A DNA stretch of 64,000 bases from Bdellovibrionales bacterium. GTDB taxonomy: Bacteria; Bdellovibrionota; Bdellovibrionia; Bdellovibrionales; JAGQZY01. How positions within the stretch are numbered: position 1 is the stretch's first letter; every line of letters starts with the position of its first letter. Of this stretch, positions 29,582-38,994 are shown piece by piece. The DNA lies in the NCBI GenBank assembly GCA_964230645.1, contig CAXRHT010000002.1, positions 1,376,001 through 1,440,000 of the forward strand, read 5' to 3'. The position numbers and the translations under genes were made by a program. The notes beneath the pieces are model-generated. The model had not been told where the DNA came from and ran no database searches. It was given only the letters and a program-made list of their open reading frames with translations.

Positions 29582-30886
29582 TTACTGACCTGAGTGAGCT
29601 TCGAAAAACTCAAGAACCTTCGTCATTGCCGCATCTCTGTATTTATCCGACTCTTTATAGATTTCATGAAAAGCCCCCCCTAATTGATAAAACTGACAAA
29701 GCTCTGGATTACCATGGGAGTTCCAGCGATTAACGTTGTCACAGAAATCACTATGACTATCAAGGTCCGTGCTACCGTCTAAGTGAGGCGTATAGGCACG
29801 AAGGTCGCGAGTCCCGGTAATAAGAAGTATTGGCGTATTTGGTAGCTTTTCTATTTCACTTTTTGAGCGCATATCTTGTAGAAAATAAGTGCTGGCGAGT
29901 GACCACCCCATTGTGGCGCCACCTAAAATGGGCTTTTCCCAGTTTTCATTCTCTGCATAATGCTCTCTCATAAAAGGACGCCAATTGAACTGGTTCCAAA
30001 GGAAAGTTCTAATATTAAATCGGGCCTCACTGTGGGTCATGATTTTCTCAGTGTCCGCTTGGAATATTCGATTCTCAGCCACGTAATCACCAAAAAGTTC
30101 CTCGTTACTGTAATGGTCACAACGACCGGTCACACAGAAAAATTTTGATTGTGAAATCACACCTCTTTCCGAATAAAGAAAATTATTAAACTTTGTAGGC
30201 TCTTTATCGATAAAACTGAGATAATTTACTTTAATCATTGAACCTAGTAAGGCCGCTGCTTTGAACGGACTCTCCTCAGAGAAGTGCTGAAAATAACCAA
30301 GTCCGATGGCTCCGCCCATAGAATTCGAGGTGTAAAAAAAGTCCTGGTTGTTGTACTCCTGACGCGATTTAACGTCCGAGACAATCTCATCAACAGCCAT
30401 TTTAAAATCATTGATATAATGGAAAAAATTAACGAGATGTCCCTTACTATGATTCTCTAGGAGACGAGGAGAAAGCCCTTGCCCGCGATGGTCCATAACA
30501 TAAACAGGAGAATAGCCTTCGGCGATATAATCAATGGCGGTTTCATAATACTCGGGGGATCCTTCACTGCGGCCTGGTCCAATAACTAAAACTCCCTTAT
30601 CTCCCAATTCGCAACCAAACTGGCTATAGCGATAACCGTATTCTCCCTGCTTTTTTTCTCTCACCGGAAAGCCTTGCCGATTGACTCCGTAGGGTCTTGT
30701 TCGCAAATGGCGAGGTGTTTTTACCTTATGAACTTTCCAGAACTTGCTTCCATCAGCGCAAGTTTTGCCGTGGACGACAAAATCCGTAATTTGTTCATAA
30801 ACCTGATTTTCGGGAAGAGCATTAGCAATGGGGAGGAGGGTGAATATAAAAGAAAGTGTTACTAAACTTTGAAAATAAATATTCAT
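29582..30886 (-). CDS. Secreted alpha/beta hydrolase, lysophospholipase (PldB)-like
   Basis: PGRSE, DHRGQGLS, NSMGG nucleophile elbow, GAFHEIYKE; signal peptide from ATG 30886. Confidence 0.82.
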   Translation of the reverse strand: MNIYFQSLVTLSFIFTLLPIANALPENQVYEQITDFVVHGKTCADGSKFWKVHKVKTPRHLRTRPYGVNRQGFPVREKKQGEYGYRYSQFGCELGDKGVLVIGPGRSEGSPEYYETAIDYIAEGYSPVYVMDHRGQGLSPRLLENHSKGHLVNFFHYINDFKMAVDEIVSDVKSRQEYNNQDFFYTSNSMGGAIGLGYFQHFSEESPFKAAALLGSMIKVNYLSFIDKEPTKFNNFLYSERGVISQSKFFCVTGRCDHYSNEELFGDYVAENRIFQADTEKIMTHSEARFNIRTFLWNQFNWRPFMREHYAENENWEKPILGGATMGWSLASTYFLQDMRSKSEIEKLPNTPILLITGTRDLRAYTPHLDGSTDLDSHSDFCDNVNRWNSHGNPELCQFYQLGGAFHEIYKESDKYRDAAMTKVLEFFEAHSGQ

Positions 30887-31037
30887 TAGGGCCTCGATTG
30901 TTTTAATTGAGCTCATTCTATGGATTCTGGAAATTTTAACAAGATAAGGTGTAATCATTTCGCAAGTGTTAAAGACCGGTGACACTTTTGGGCTCGTTTA
31001 AAAGCGGACTGCTGTTCCTTTTTTGGTCTTTTAAAAT

Positions 31038-31063
31038 AAAAAACCTGTCATTGCGGTGACAGG
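31038..31063 (-). terminator. Rho-independent terminator
   Basis: CCTGTCA-N6-TGACAGG with a T-run on the minus strand, downstream of 31105-31644. Confidence 0.7.
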
Positions 31064-31104
31064 CTTTTCATATTTATATTCAAGTTTGATCGAGAGAAAT
31101 TTTT

Positions 31105-31644
31105 TTAGACTTCGTAATCGACGTAGGATCCTTTTGGCATATCGTCAACAGGCCCCTGTCTTTCCGGGTTTTCCAACTCTTGCTCAACTTCAGAGAGAGC
31201 TTGGCTGTTGACCGAACCGAGTTGAGCTTCATTAAATATATCTTCCATTTGCTTTGGATACTGAGGAAGTTGTTGCACTTCTGGTTGAGCTCTTAAAATG
31301 GCATTATCCATAGCTGTTTCCTCTCTAACCGATTGACTGGATGTATTTACCACTGAAGGTGATTGAGGCACGGACGATAAGTCCCCATAGTAGGCGTCAC
31401 TGTTAATGTTCACGGTGTCTTTGTCTTGAGATGAAAGTCCCGACATTTGTGGTTTGGGGAAGAATTCATTTTTTTGGACAAACTGATCCGCGTCGATTCT
31501 GTCCTGAACTCTTTGCTGCCTTTCTAATCGTCTTTCCCTATGGGCTTTGAGCGCTCCATCCACAGCCGATCGGTGTCCGCGAGACGCTTTGTTGCGTTCC
31601 CAAAGCGGCATGGCTTGGCTGCTCTTCATACTGACTTTATCCAT
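31105..31644 (-). CDS. Hypothetical low-complexity protein ending in KGSYVDYEV
   Basis: SD GGGGGAG before ATG 31644; sigma28-like promoter upstream; terminator downstream. Confidence 0.75.
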   Translation of the reverse strand: MDKVSMKSSQAMPLWERNKASRGHRSAVDGALKAHRERRLERQQRVQDRIDADQFVQKNEFFPKPQMSGLSSQDKDTVNINSDAYYGDLSSVPQSPSVVNTSSQSVREETAMDNAILRAQPEVQQLPQYPKQMEDIFNEAQLGSVNSQALSEVEQELENPERQGPVDDMPKGSYVDYEV

Positions 31645-31675
31645 AAGTCTCCCCCTTCCTTGGGTTACAGACTCT

Positions 31676-31702
31676 CTATCGGAGTCCACTGTCTCAAAAT
31701 GA
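31676..31702 (-). promoter_or_regulatory. sigma28-type promoter
   Basis: TCAT-N15-TCCGATAG on the minus strand. Confidence 0.55.
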
Positions 31703-31846
31703 ACGAGACAAATGTCCTGAATCTTGGCTGTCTAAAAAGTGGTCGCCACACTTTGAAAATTTTTCTCTAAAAACCTAAAAACCCCTATTTTTACTCAGCT
31801 TATGCTAACCTCTCCCCACTCTCAAAACCACAAGGCGGTCCCAAAA

Positions 31847-33844
31847 ATGAAGTCAATCTCTGTCTTTTTACTAACAGTGCTGTTTTCCTCTCAGCTTTTA
31901 GCTGCGGCAGGCACGACAGATCCGAGCTGTACCAAAACTAACAACCAAGACCCTTACGAGAACCCCACTCGAATTGGCTCGGAATCAAAGTTGTACCCTA
32001 ACCAATGCGTGGATAGTGACCGTTTTAGAAACGCAGAAATTGTTGCCAACAATTCAGAAAAAATTGAGTTTGCCAATTATCGCCACGAAAATTCTTATTG
32101 GATTGCTAGCCTTGAAAAATCAGCGACTGTCAAAGCCGTTTACTTTCAGATTGTTCGTTTCGATGTGGTTTCTGGAGTGACGGCCGCGCACACACAAATC
32201 CGTTTTGTATTTGACGAGAACTCCCCTCTCCAATTGAAATCTCAATCCAGTGATGAAACAACAACTACTAACGACCTCGTCATTTCTTATGAAGCCTCTC
32301 GCCCCGAAGGGATTCCCTATAACTTTGCCCTGGGTGCGGTTGATAACTACCTTTCCGTCGCTCGAGTCATGTCGGGAGCGCAAAGACTTTCTGAGAGCAC
32401 GGAAAACGCGACCGAACAGTACGAGATCGCCATTCCCGAAAATGAGCGCGTTGAGTTGATCGCACGAGGAATAAAGCAAAGTGATGAGGAAAAGTTCTCT
32501 CGCTTTTACAATACTATTAAACCCAATTGTACCACAGAGGTTTTCACTCTTATTGACTCCCTTCCTAGCCAGCGCAGCAAAAACTCAGAACCCTTTTTAA
32601 CAGTGATTTCTAATAATCCCATCGCAGGCCCCTCGATTGAGGCTCTAGAGGAAAGAAGTCTTCTTACAAAAAGATTTGCCAATCTTGACGACGACTTACT
32701 GAGAGGTGCCACAGAGCCCCCTCAGAATGAAGAACCGGACCTGGAATTGAATCTACTCGCTGAGATTGAAGATTTCCCTTACTCCCTTGTTTTTGTATCC
32801 GATGGAAAAATTAGAAACGACCGCGTTTTGAATAAGGCTAAGAAAGTGGCCTACGAAGTGGCTCCGCAATTGGTTCAACATATGGGAGCTAGCCTTATGC
32901 TCTCCGGCCAAAACTCTTCTTTTTCACTTCTTGGTGCTCTAAAAGGCCTCTCTCCTGTACTCAAATCCGAATTAGAGAAAATGAACAGTGATCTTCCCGA
33001 TGAGGCAGCACAAATTTCTCTCTTCTTTGTTCCCTGGAATAAAACGGGAGAAAAAATCGATGTGCTTCAAGAATTAAATGTGGAAGCTCGTCTCCCTTTT
33101 GAGACCTACGAATCTTCTTTTGAAAAGATGGATCCTATTTTTGAAGGACTGGGACGAGCTTCAAGAGCCAAAGGCTCCACTGATGATTCCTTTTCTTTCC
33201 TAGGTCTTATGGTTCATATGAATCTTAAAAAAGACGCCAGCCAAATCCGATTGCAAGTTCTTGGACAAGCGGCACCCATGAAAAAACAATTTGATCCCAT
33301 TAAGGAAACAGAAAAAGCCGACATCTATTCATTCGTTATTCCTGATTACAGTGGGACTACGGCCCAACCCATGGTCTTAATGAATTTAGAACAAGATGTG
33401 CGCCAGGAAGAGGCCCAGTTTAATATTGAGTTTGGTCCCTTTTCAGGGCTGATCCCACAGGAAAATTCTTTTCAGTCTATGGGAGTTATTTCGGTAAGCC
33501 CTGACTCTTGTTTGGCCAGAGCTCAATCGTCTCCCTATCTGGAAGGTGAGGTGGCTGTTCTTGGAATTCTTGGCAAATGGAAAAACGTCAATTTCCATGT
33601 CACCAAAGTGGATTTTGACCTTGAGGCGCAGAACGCACGTAAAGTGGATGTGACTATTAAAACTCTTGGATTTATTTGTGCAGAAAATCATGAGGAGTCA
33701 GGAGACGCTTTCACCGACCAAGCCATCAGCCAAATTGACTCCTTAAAAGATAAAGCCAAAGAGAAAGGGACAAGTCTTGGACTCTCTATTTTAGATAGCT
33801 TCCTATCAAACAATGAGGAAAATAAACTTCCCGGCTGGGAATAG
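31847..33844 (+). CDS. Secreted DUF4105/Lnb-N-like domain protein with a long C-terminal extension
   Basis: Signal peptide MKSISVFLLTVLFSSQLLA; AAHTQIRF, LVISYEA, FYNTIKPNCTT. Confidence 0.65.
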   Translation: MKSISVFLLTVLFSSQLLAAAGTTDPSCTKTNNQDPYENPTRIGSESKLYPNQCVDSDRFRNAEIVANNSEKIEFANYRHENSYWIASLEKSATVKAVYFQIVRFDVVSGVTAAHTQIRFVFDENSPLQLKSQSSDETTTTNDLVISYEASRPEGIPYNFALGAVDNYLSVARVMSGAQRLSESTENATEQYEIAIPENERVELIARGIKQSDEEKFSRFYNTIKPNCTTEVFTLIDSLPSQRSKNSEPFLTVISNNPIAGPSIEALEERSLLTKRFANLDDDLLRGATEPPQNEEPDLELNLLAEIEDFPYSLVFVSDGKIRNDRVLNKAKKVAYEVAPQLVQHMGASLMLSGQNSSFSLLGALKGLSPVLKSELEKMNSDLPDEAAQISLFFVPWNKTGEKIDVLQELNVEARLPFETYESSFEKMDPIFEGLGRASRAKGSTDDSFSFLGLMVHMNLKKDASQIRLQVLGQAAPMKKQFDPIKETEKADIYSFVIPDYSGTTAQPMVLMNLEQDVRQEEAQFNIEFGPFSGLIPQENSFQSMGVISVSPDSCLARAQSSPYLEGEVAVLGILGKWKNVNFHVTKVDFDLEAQNARKVDVTIKTLGFICAENHEESGDAFTDQAISQIDSLKDKAKEKGTSLGLSILDSFLSNNEENKLPGWE

Positions 33845-33865
33845 TATCGATATTCCAAACTAATT

Positions 33866-33904
33866 AAAAAAGGAATGGTTATGCTCTTAAACCATTCCTT
33901 TTTT
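33866..33904 (+). terminator. Rho-independent (potentially bidirectional) terminator
   Basis: AAAAAAGGAATGGTT-N9-AACCATTCCTTTTTT. Confidence 0.85.
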
Positions 33905-33996
33905 ATGCCTTCTTCTTACCTAAAGTCCTGCATTCCATAAAAAGAGTTTCAATTTCTGGTCTGTCTTTAAGTCTTAGCGCCAGATAAAATCAAAGA

Positions 33997-34872
33997 ATGA
34001 AATATATCTCACTTTTTATAATGATCTCTTTTGTTGTGTATGGGTGTAAGAATAATGCCACTCGGAGCACCGCTTCGGAAGCCACTCAAGGATTACCAGG
34101 ACAGTCTGGATATTCTGAGGGACTTATTATTCATCCACGCCCTAACGACGTCCCCGATCCTGATTTTTCAAGCCCTGAAAATAACCTTTGTTATAACTAC
34201 GCCAACCTTTTACTGCGCAATGGGCGGGTCGAGGGGACACCGGAGTGGTTGGAGGAGGCCAGCGAATACCTAACCAACCAGCATAACGATTTAGATGGGC
34301 CTTTAAATCAAGAACTGCTCAATCAAATTTACTCTCATGGCACCATTGTTATCCATCATACAGCCGGTGGTGGTAACGCCTCTAGTGTCATCAACTACCA
34401 TATGCTCCCTCAGGGCTCTCATGGTCGAGGCTTTAGCGATACCGGCTATCATTTTATCATTGAACAAGATGGGCGCATCGTTACTGGGCGATCATTGGCT
34501 CAAATGGGAGCTCACGTAAGACAGATCCCTAATCGCGATGAGGACTGTGCTAACAATCAATACTTTATGGATCTGGATCCCGATTATCGTAGTATTGGGA
34601 TTGCTCTTATCGGACACTATTATCACAGAGGCTCTCCTCCTCCAGCACAGATCAATGCTCTTAGGCGCTTGGTGCAAAAGTTGAGGGAGCGTTTTAATAT
34701 TACGGAAGTTGTGCGCCACCGAGATCTTAAACATACTGCTTGCCCGGGAAGTGTTGGTTCTGTTTCGGGACTCTACTCTGAGCCCAGTGAGGAAACACTT
34801 CGCGCGCGCGCTCAGAGTTCTTCGCCCTTTCGAAACCCTCAAAGGAGACTGATATGTTATTCCTGTCAATAA
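33997..34872 (+). CDS. N-acetylmuramoyl-L-alanine amidase (Amidase_2/PGRP) lipoprotein
   Basis: IVIHHTAG, GYHFII, GAHV, SIGIALIG, HRDL...TACPG (Zn ligands H, H, C); lipobox VVYGC. Confidence 0.88.
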   Translation: MKYISLFIMISFVVYGCKNNATRSTASEATQGLPGQSGYSEGLIIHPRPNDVPDPDFSSPENNLCYNYANLLLRNGRVEGTPEWLEEASEYLTNQHNDLDGPLNQELLNQIYSHGTIVIHHTAGGGNASSVINYHMLPQGSHGRGFSDTGYHFIIEQDGRIVTGRSLAQMGAHVRQIPNRDEDCANNQYFMDLDPDYRSIGIALIGHYYHRGSPPPAQINALRRLVQKLRERFNITEVVRHRDLKHTACPGSVGSVSGLYSEPSEETLRARAQSSSPFRNPQRRLICYSCQ

Positions 34873-35225
34873 CACTGGCATTTAATCTGTTCGCAAGTTC
34901 CATTGAAGAATCGAAAGTGGATAAGCTGATCAAAAATTATATTCAGCAGGCGGCAAAAGGAGAGATTAAATCTACTCTCTACACCAAAAACTACAAAGAC
35001 TTTGTTGAGGGCGATAAAGAGGTTTTTGCTCCATGTAAGAAAAATAAATGCAAGATTACGACTTCCCTTACAAAAGTGGACAATAATTCGGGACTTTGGT
35101 TAGCTCGTTTAAAAGTAAAATGGTTAGAAGATAAAAAACTAAAATCCATTCCCCACAGACAAGGTTGCTATTACATCAAAAACCTACAAATGTATGCCTA
35201 CGTGGAAGACTGTGACACTCGCTAA
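34854..35225 (+). CDS. Small exported hypothetical protein overlapping the amidase 3' end
   Basis: SD AAAGGAG, hydrophobic N-terminus, four Cys. Confidence 0.75.
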   Translation: MLFLSITLAFNLFASSIEESKVDKLIKNYIQQAAKGEIKSTLYTKNYKDFVEGDKEVFAPCKKNKCKITTSLTKVDNNSGLWLARLKVKWLEDKKLKSIPHRQGCYYIKNLQMYAYVEDCDTR

Positions 35226-35252
35226 AAAATAAAGCCCTAATCAATAGGGCTT
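35226..35252 (-). terminator. Rho-independent terminator after aspS
   Basis: AAGCCCTA-N5-TAGGGCTT with a T-rich tail on the minus strand. Confidence 0.7.
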
Positions 35253-35286
35253 CGTTATGTGTCTCATCTTTCCTTTTTCTGACTCG

Positions 35287-37065
35287 TTATTTTTTCAAAA
35301 GGTTTATCCCCAACTCTAAGAGTTGATGGGAGTCCACCACCGAAGGAGACTCTGACATCAGACATTGGGCTTTTGCTGTTTTAGGATAAGCAATAACGTC
35401 ACGAATAGCATCCGTGCCAGCTAAAATCATAACAAGGCGATCAAGACCCCAAGCGATTCCTCCATGAGGAGGCGTACCATAGGTGAGAGCTTCAACAAAA
35501 TACCCAAACTTTTGCTTAGCTTGCTCATCACTTAAGCCAAGAGCTCGAAACATGGCACTTTGAATCTCTTGATTATGAATCCTGATACTTCCCCCAGCTA
35601 ATTCATTACCGTTACAAACCAGATCATAGGCCTTTGCTTGCACTTTAGATAATTCACTAGGTGTTCCTGACTTTAGTAAATCCACATGATCCACCTTAGG
35701 CATGGTGAAAGGGTGGTGGCAGGCGACCCAACGCTTTTCTTTATCGTCATAGTCGAGAAGTGGAAAATTAATCACCCAACAGAATTTATCTTTACTGCGA
35801 TCAATTAGGTCGTACTTTTCTCCCAACTGATTTCTTAAAAGCCCCAAAGCACGACTTACAATGGCTTTGGTGTCGGACACCATCAGCACTGTACCGTAGC
35901 CTTCTGGGCACACCCTCTCGTAAAGCGACTTTAAGATATCTTGGGATAAGAATTTATTGACGGGTGACTGATACTCCTCCCCTTCTTTTTTGATCCAAAC
36001 GATACCACCGGCTCCTTCTGGCTTTATGAGCTTGATCCATTTATCAATTTGCGAGCGGGAGATACTTTCTTTAACAGGAAGACCTAGAGCTCTGACCACG
36101 CCACCATTTTCTATGGTGGAATCAAAGACTTTAAACCCACAGCCTTCAACGATATCTGAACACTCAATAATTTTCATAGGGTTGCGTAAATCCGGCTTGT
36201 CAGAGCCGTATTCGTTCATCGCTGTTTCGTACTCAAGACTTGGGATTTCATCAATTTCAACACCTTTGATCTTTTTCCAAATGGTGCGAAGGAGCTTTTC
36301 GTTCATCGTGCGGATATCTTCTTCGTCCACAAAACTCATCTCAATATCGATTTGTGAGAACTCAGGCTGACGGTCGGCTCTCAAGTCCTCATCACGAAAA
36401 CAGCGAGCGATTTGAAAATATCGATCCATCCCACCGACCATCAACAATTGCTTAAGTGTCTGAGGACTTTGAGGAAGAGCATAGAATTGATTCTGATTCA
36501 CTCGTGAAGGAACCAAATAATCACGAGCTCCCTCTGGGGTACTCTTATAGAGGATTGGGGTTTCAACCTCCCAAAAGCCATCTTCGGTCAAAGCGTCTCG
36601 AACCACCTTGGTCACTTCATGACGCATTCTTAGACATCTTTGCAGCTCAGGATTTCTTAGCGAAAGATAACGATATTTGAGTCGAACGGCCTCTGAAACG
36701 TTGGGATCTCCCACAACAAAGGGAGGGGTCGAGGCCTCAGAAAGAATTTCACATTTCTGTACTTCGATCTCCACTTCGCCTGTTTTCATTTTCTTATTAA
36801 TCATGCCCTCAGGTCTTGGACGCACAGTTCCTTCAATGGCAATAACGAATTCATTTCTGAGTTTTTTGGCAACGGCTGTCTCCTCTTTGCCAGGATCTAG
36901 AACAACCTGAACAAGACCCTCTCGGTCTCTGAGGTCCACGAAAACAAGCCCTCCATGATCGCGACGATTATTGACCCAGCCCATTAAAACCACAGTCTGG
37001 TCTTTTTCTTCGATTCCAACTTCTCCGCAATAATGGGATCTTTTCAATTCACTGACAAATGCCAT
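35287..37065 (-). CDS. aspS: Aspartate-tRNA ligase (probably the non-discriminating Asp/Asn type)
   Basis: RDHGGL, STPEGARD, LPQSPQ, FRDEDLRADRQPEF, PPHGGIAWGLDR. Confidence 0.98.
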   Translation of the reverse strand: MAFVSELKRSHYCGEVGIEEKDQTVVLMGWVNNRRDHGGLVFVDLRDREGLVQVVLDPGKEETAVAKKLRNEFVIAIEGTVRPRPEGMINKKMKTGEVEIEVQKCEILSEASTPPFVVGDPNVSEAVRLKYRYLSLRNPELQRCLRMRHEVTKVVRDALTEDGFWEVETPILYKSTPEGARDYLVPSRVNQNQFYALPQSPQTLKQLLMVGGMDRYFQIARCFRDEDLRADRQPEFSQIDIEMSFVDEEDIRTMNEKLLRTIWKKIKGVEIDEIPSLEYETAMNEYGSDKPDLRNPMKIIECSDIVEGCGFKVFDSTIENGGVVRALGLPVKESISRSQIDKWIKLIKPEGAGGIVWIKKEGEEYQSPVNKFLSQDILKSLYERVCPEGYGTVLMVSDTKAIVSRALGLLRNQLGEKYDLIDRSKDKFCWVINFPLLDYDDKEKRWVACHHPFTMPKVDHVDLLKSGTPSELSKVQAKAYDLVCNGNELAGGSIRIHNQEIQSAMFRALGLSDEQAKQKFGYFVEALTYGTPPHGGIAWGLDRLVMILAGTDAIRDVIAYPKTAKAQCLMSESPSVVDSHQLLELGINLLKK

Positions 37066-37142
37066 GCTTCACTCCTGTTGACTCCTTATAAATACCGAGT
37101 TTTGGTGGACAAAACAACCGATTCATCCTATTCTCCTGAGCT

Positions 37143-37448
37143 ATGCCTAAAGTAAACATTGATTACAATTCGCCATTACAAGCCCAAGAAACCTATGACA
37201 AGGTGAAAGACTTCCTTGCCAACGATGAAAGCATCAAAAAAATTGATCCGAGTATTAAAGCGGACTTCAATGATGCCAGCAAATCAGGAGAGGTTAAAGG
37301 GAGTAAATTTAAAGCCAATATGAATGTGCAAGAAGCGGGTGACCAGTCGAAAGTTTCGATTGTTGTCGACCTTCCAATGCTTCTGGGTGCCTTCAAAGGG
37401 CAAGTCAAATCCACTATTGAGAGCAAATTAAATAAAGTTCTCGGCTAG
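37143..37448 (+). CDS. Polyhydroxyalkanoic acid system (PHA_gran_rgn-like) family protein
   Basis: 101 aa; V-x-L-P-x-LL-x-x-FKG-x-V-x-x-x-I-x-x-x-L pattern. Confidence 0.7.
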   Translation: MPKVNIDYNSPLQAQETYDKVKDFLANDESIKKIDPSIKADFNDASKSGEVKGSKFKANMNVQEAGDQSKVSIVVDLPMLLGAFKGQVKSTIESKLNKVLG

Positions 37449-37458
37449 TTGATCTCCC

Positions 37459-38439
37459 ATGGCTCGACGATCAAAAAAGAAAAAGAAAAAAGGCAAAAAG
37501 CTCTCCGCTGAGATCGTTGAAGAAAAAGAAACCGCTCAGGAAAAGGAAAATCGGCGGGTCGCCGAGATCGTGGAGGATGAGCCCTCCTCATCAACACCGC
37601 AACCTCCTGCGAAACTTCCAGCGCTTTCCGATGGTCTCAGCCATTATATGGAGGCGATCCAAAAATACCCCCTCCTCTCCAAAGAGGAGGAGATCAAAAT
37701 TGCCACTCGATATTATGAAGAGGGGGATCCTGAGGATGCGGAAATTCTTGTGACCTCCAATCTCCGCTTTGTGGTGAAGGTGGCCGCGGAATACTCTCAA
37801 TTCGGCTCCAAATTGATCGATCTTATCCAGGAAGGCAATGTAGGCCTTATGCATGCGGTGAAGGAATACAATCCCTACAAAGGGGCCCGCCTGATCACCT
37901 ACGCAGTCTGGTGGATCCGGGGCTTTATTCAAGATTACCTTATGAAACAGCACTCTATGGTGAAAATCGGTACCACCCACAACCAGAGGAAACTCTTTTA
38001 CAACCTAGAAAAAGAGAAAAATAAGCTCGATCAAATGGGAATGGAACCGACAGTAAAACTGCTCAGTGACCGACTGGGTGTTCCCGAAAAAGATGTGCGC
38101 CTAATGGAAAAGCGCATGAGTGGTAAAGATTTGAGTCTTGACCAACCTGTTGGAGACGAAAGCTCCAGTCGTCTGCTTGATTTTGAAGAGGGCTCTCAAA
38201 CCGAGGTTACCGAACAGCTCATCGAAAAAGAATCCATCGCGCAGCTTCAGAGTGTGCTAGAAAAGCTCAAAGAAAAGTTTTCTGATAAAGAACTCTATAT
38301 CCTTGAAACTCGACTTCTTAATGACGAACCGAAAACTTTGCAAGAAATCGGCGACGAGTGGGAAGTGACTCGCGAGGCTGTTCGACAGATGGAGGCTCGC
38401 CTCCTAAAAAAAATAAAAAAAGAAATGATTCCTCAATAA
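37459..38439 (+). CDS. rpoH: RNA polymerase sigma factor RpoH (sigma32) family
   Basis: [18 protein letters not shown], RpoH box QRKLFYNL, region 4 TLQEIG...TREAVRQME. Confidence 0.88.
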   Translation: MARRSKKKKKKGKKLSAEIVEEKETAQEKENRRVAEIVEDEPSSSTPQPPAKLPALSDGLSHYMEAIQKYPLLSKEEEIKIATRYYEEGDPEDAEILVTSNLRFVVKVAAEYSQFGSKLIDLIQEGNVGLMHAVKEYNPYKGARLITYAVWWIRGFIQDYLMKQHSMVKIGTTHNQRKLFYNLEKEKNKLDQMGMEPTVKLLSDRLGVPEKDVRLMEKRMSGKDLSLDQPVGDESSSRLLDFEEGSQTEVTEQLIEKESIAQLQSVLEKLKEKFSDKELYILETRLLNDEPKTLQEIGDEWEVTREAVRQMEARLLKKIKKEMIPQ

Positions 38440-38449
38440 AGGAGTGGGT

Positions 38450-38983
38450 ATGAACCCCTGGCATGATGTAGAATTGGGAGAAGACATTCCCCATAGCTTT
38501 CCCGCAATTATTGAAGTCCCTAAAGGGTCGAAATATAAGTACGAACTCGATAAAAAAACAGGCCTTATCAGAGTGGATCGCGTCCTATTTAGTTCGGTTC
38601 ACTACCCGGCCAATTACGGCTTCATCCCCAGGACCTACTGCGATGACAATGACCCTCTCGATGTTCTGGTCTTAGGACAGGAACCCGTCTACCCTCTTTC
38701 GATGCTTACCGCAAAGCCCATTGGTCTGATGAAAATGATGGACCAAGGCGAGGCTGATGATAAAGTCATCGCGGTTCACTCCCATGACCCGGAATACGCC
38801 CACTACGATTCGATTAGTGAATTACCTCCCCACCGGCTTGATGAAGTGAGAAAGTTTTTTGAAGATTACAAAGCCCTTGAGAAAAAGAAAGTGGTGGTCG
38901 AAAAGTTTTTTGGCCCCAGTCATGCCGTAAAGAGTTTAGAGGATGCGATCAAGCTTTATAAGGAAACCTTCCCTAATAAATAG
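38450..38983 (+). CDS. ppa: Family I inorganic pyrophosphatase
   Basis: KYELDK, YPANYG, DNDPLD, DDK, FFEDYK; SD AAGGAG. Confidence 0.95.
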   Translation: MNPWHDVELGEDIPHSFPAIIEVPKGSKYKYELDKKTGLIRVDRVLFSSVHYPANYGFIPRTYCDDNDPLDVLVLGQEPVYPLSMLTAKPIGLMKMMDQGEADDKVIAVHSHDPEYAHYDSISELPPHRLDEVRKFFEDYKALEKKKVVVEKFFGPSHAVKSLEDAIKLYKETFPNK

Positions 38984-38994
38984 GACTCTCTTTT

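Noticed and set aside
33997..35225. Prophage lysis cassette
   Set aside because: No holin, structural or integrase genes nearby, and the amidase has its own lipoprotein signal.
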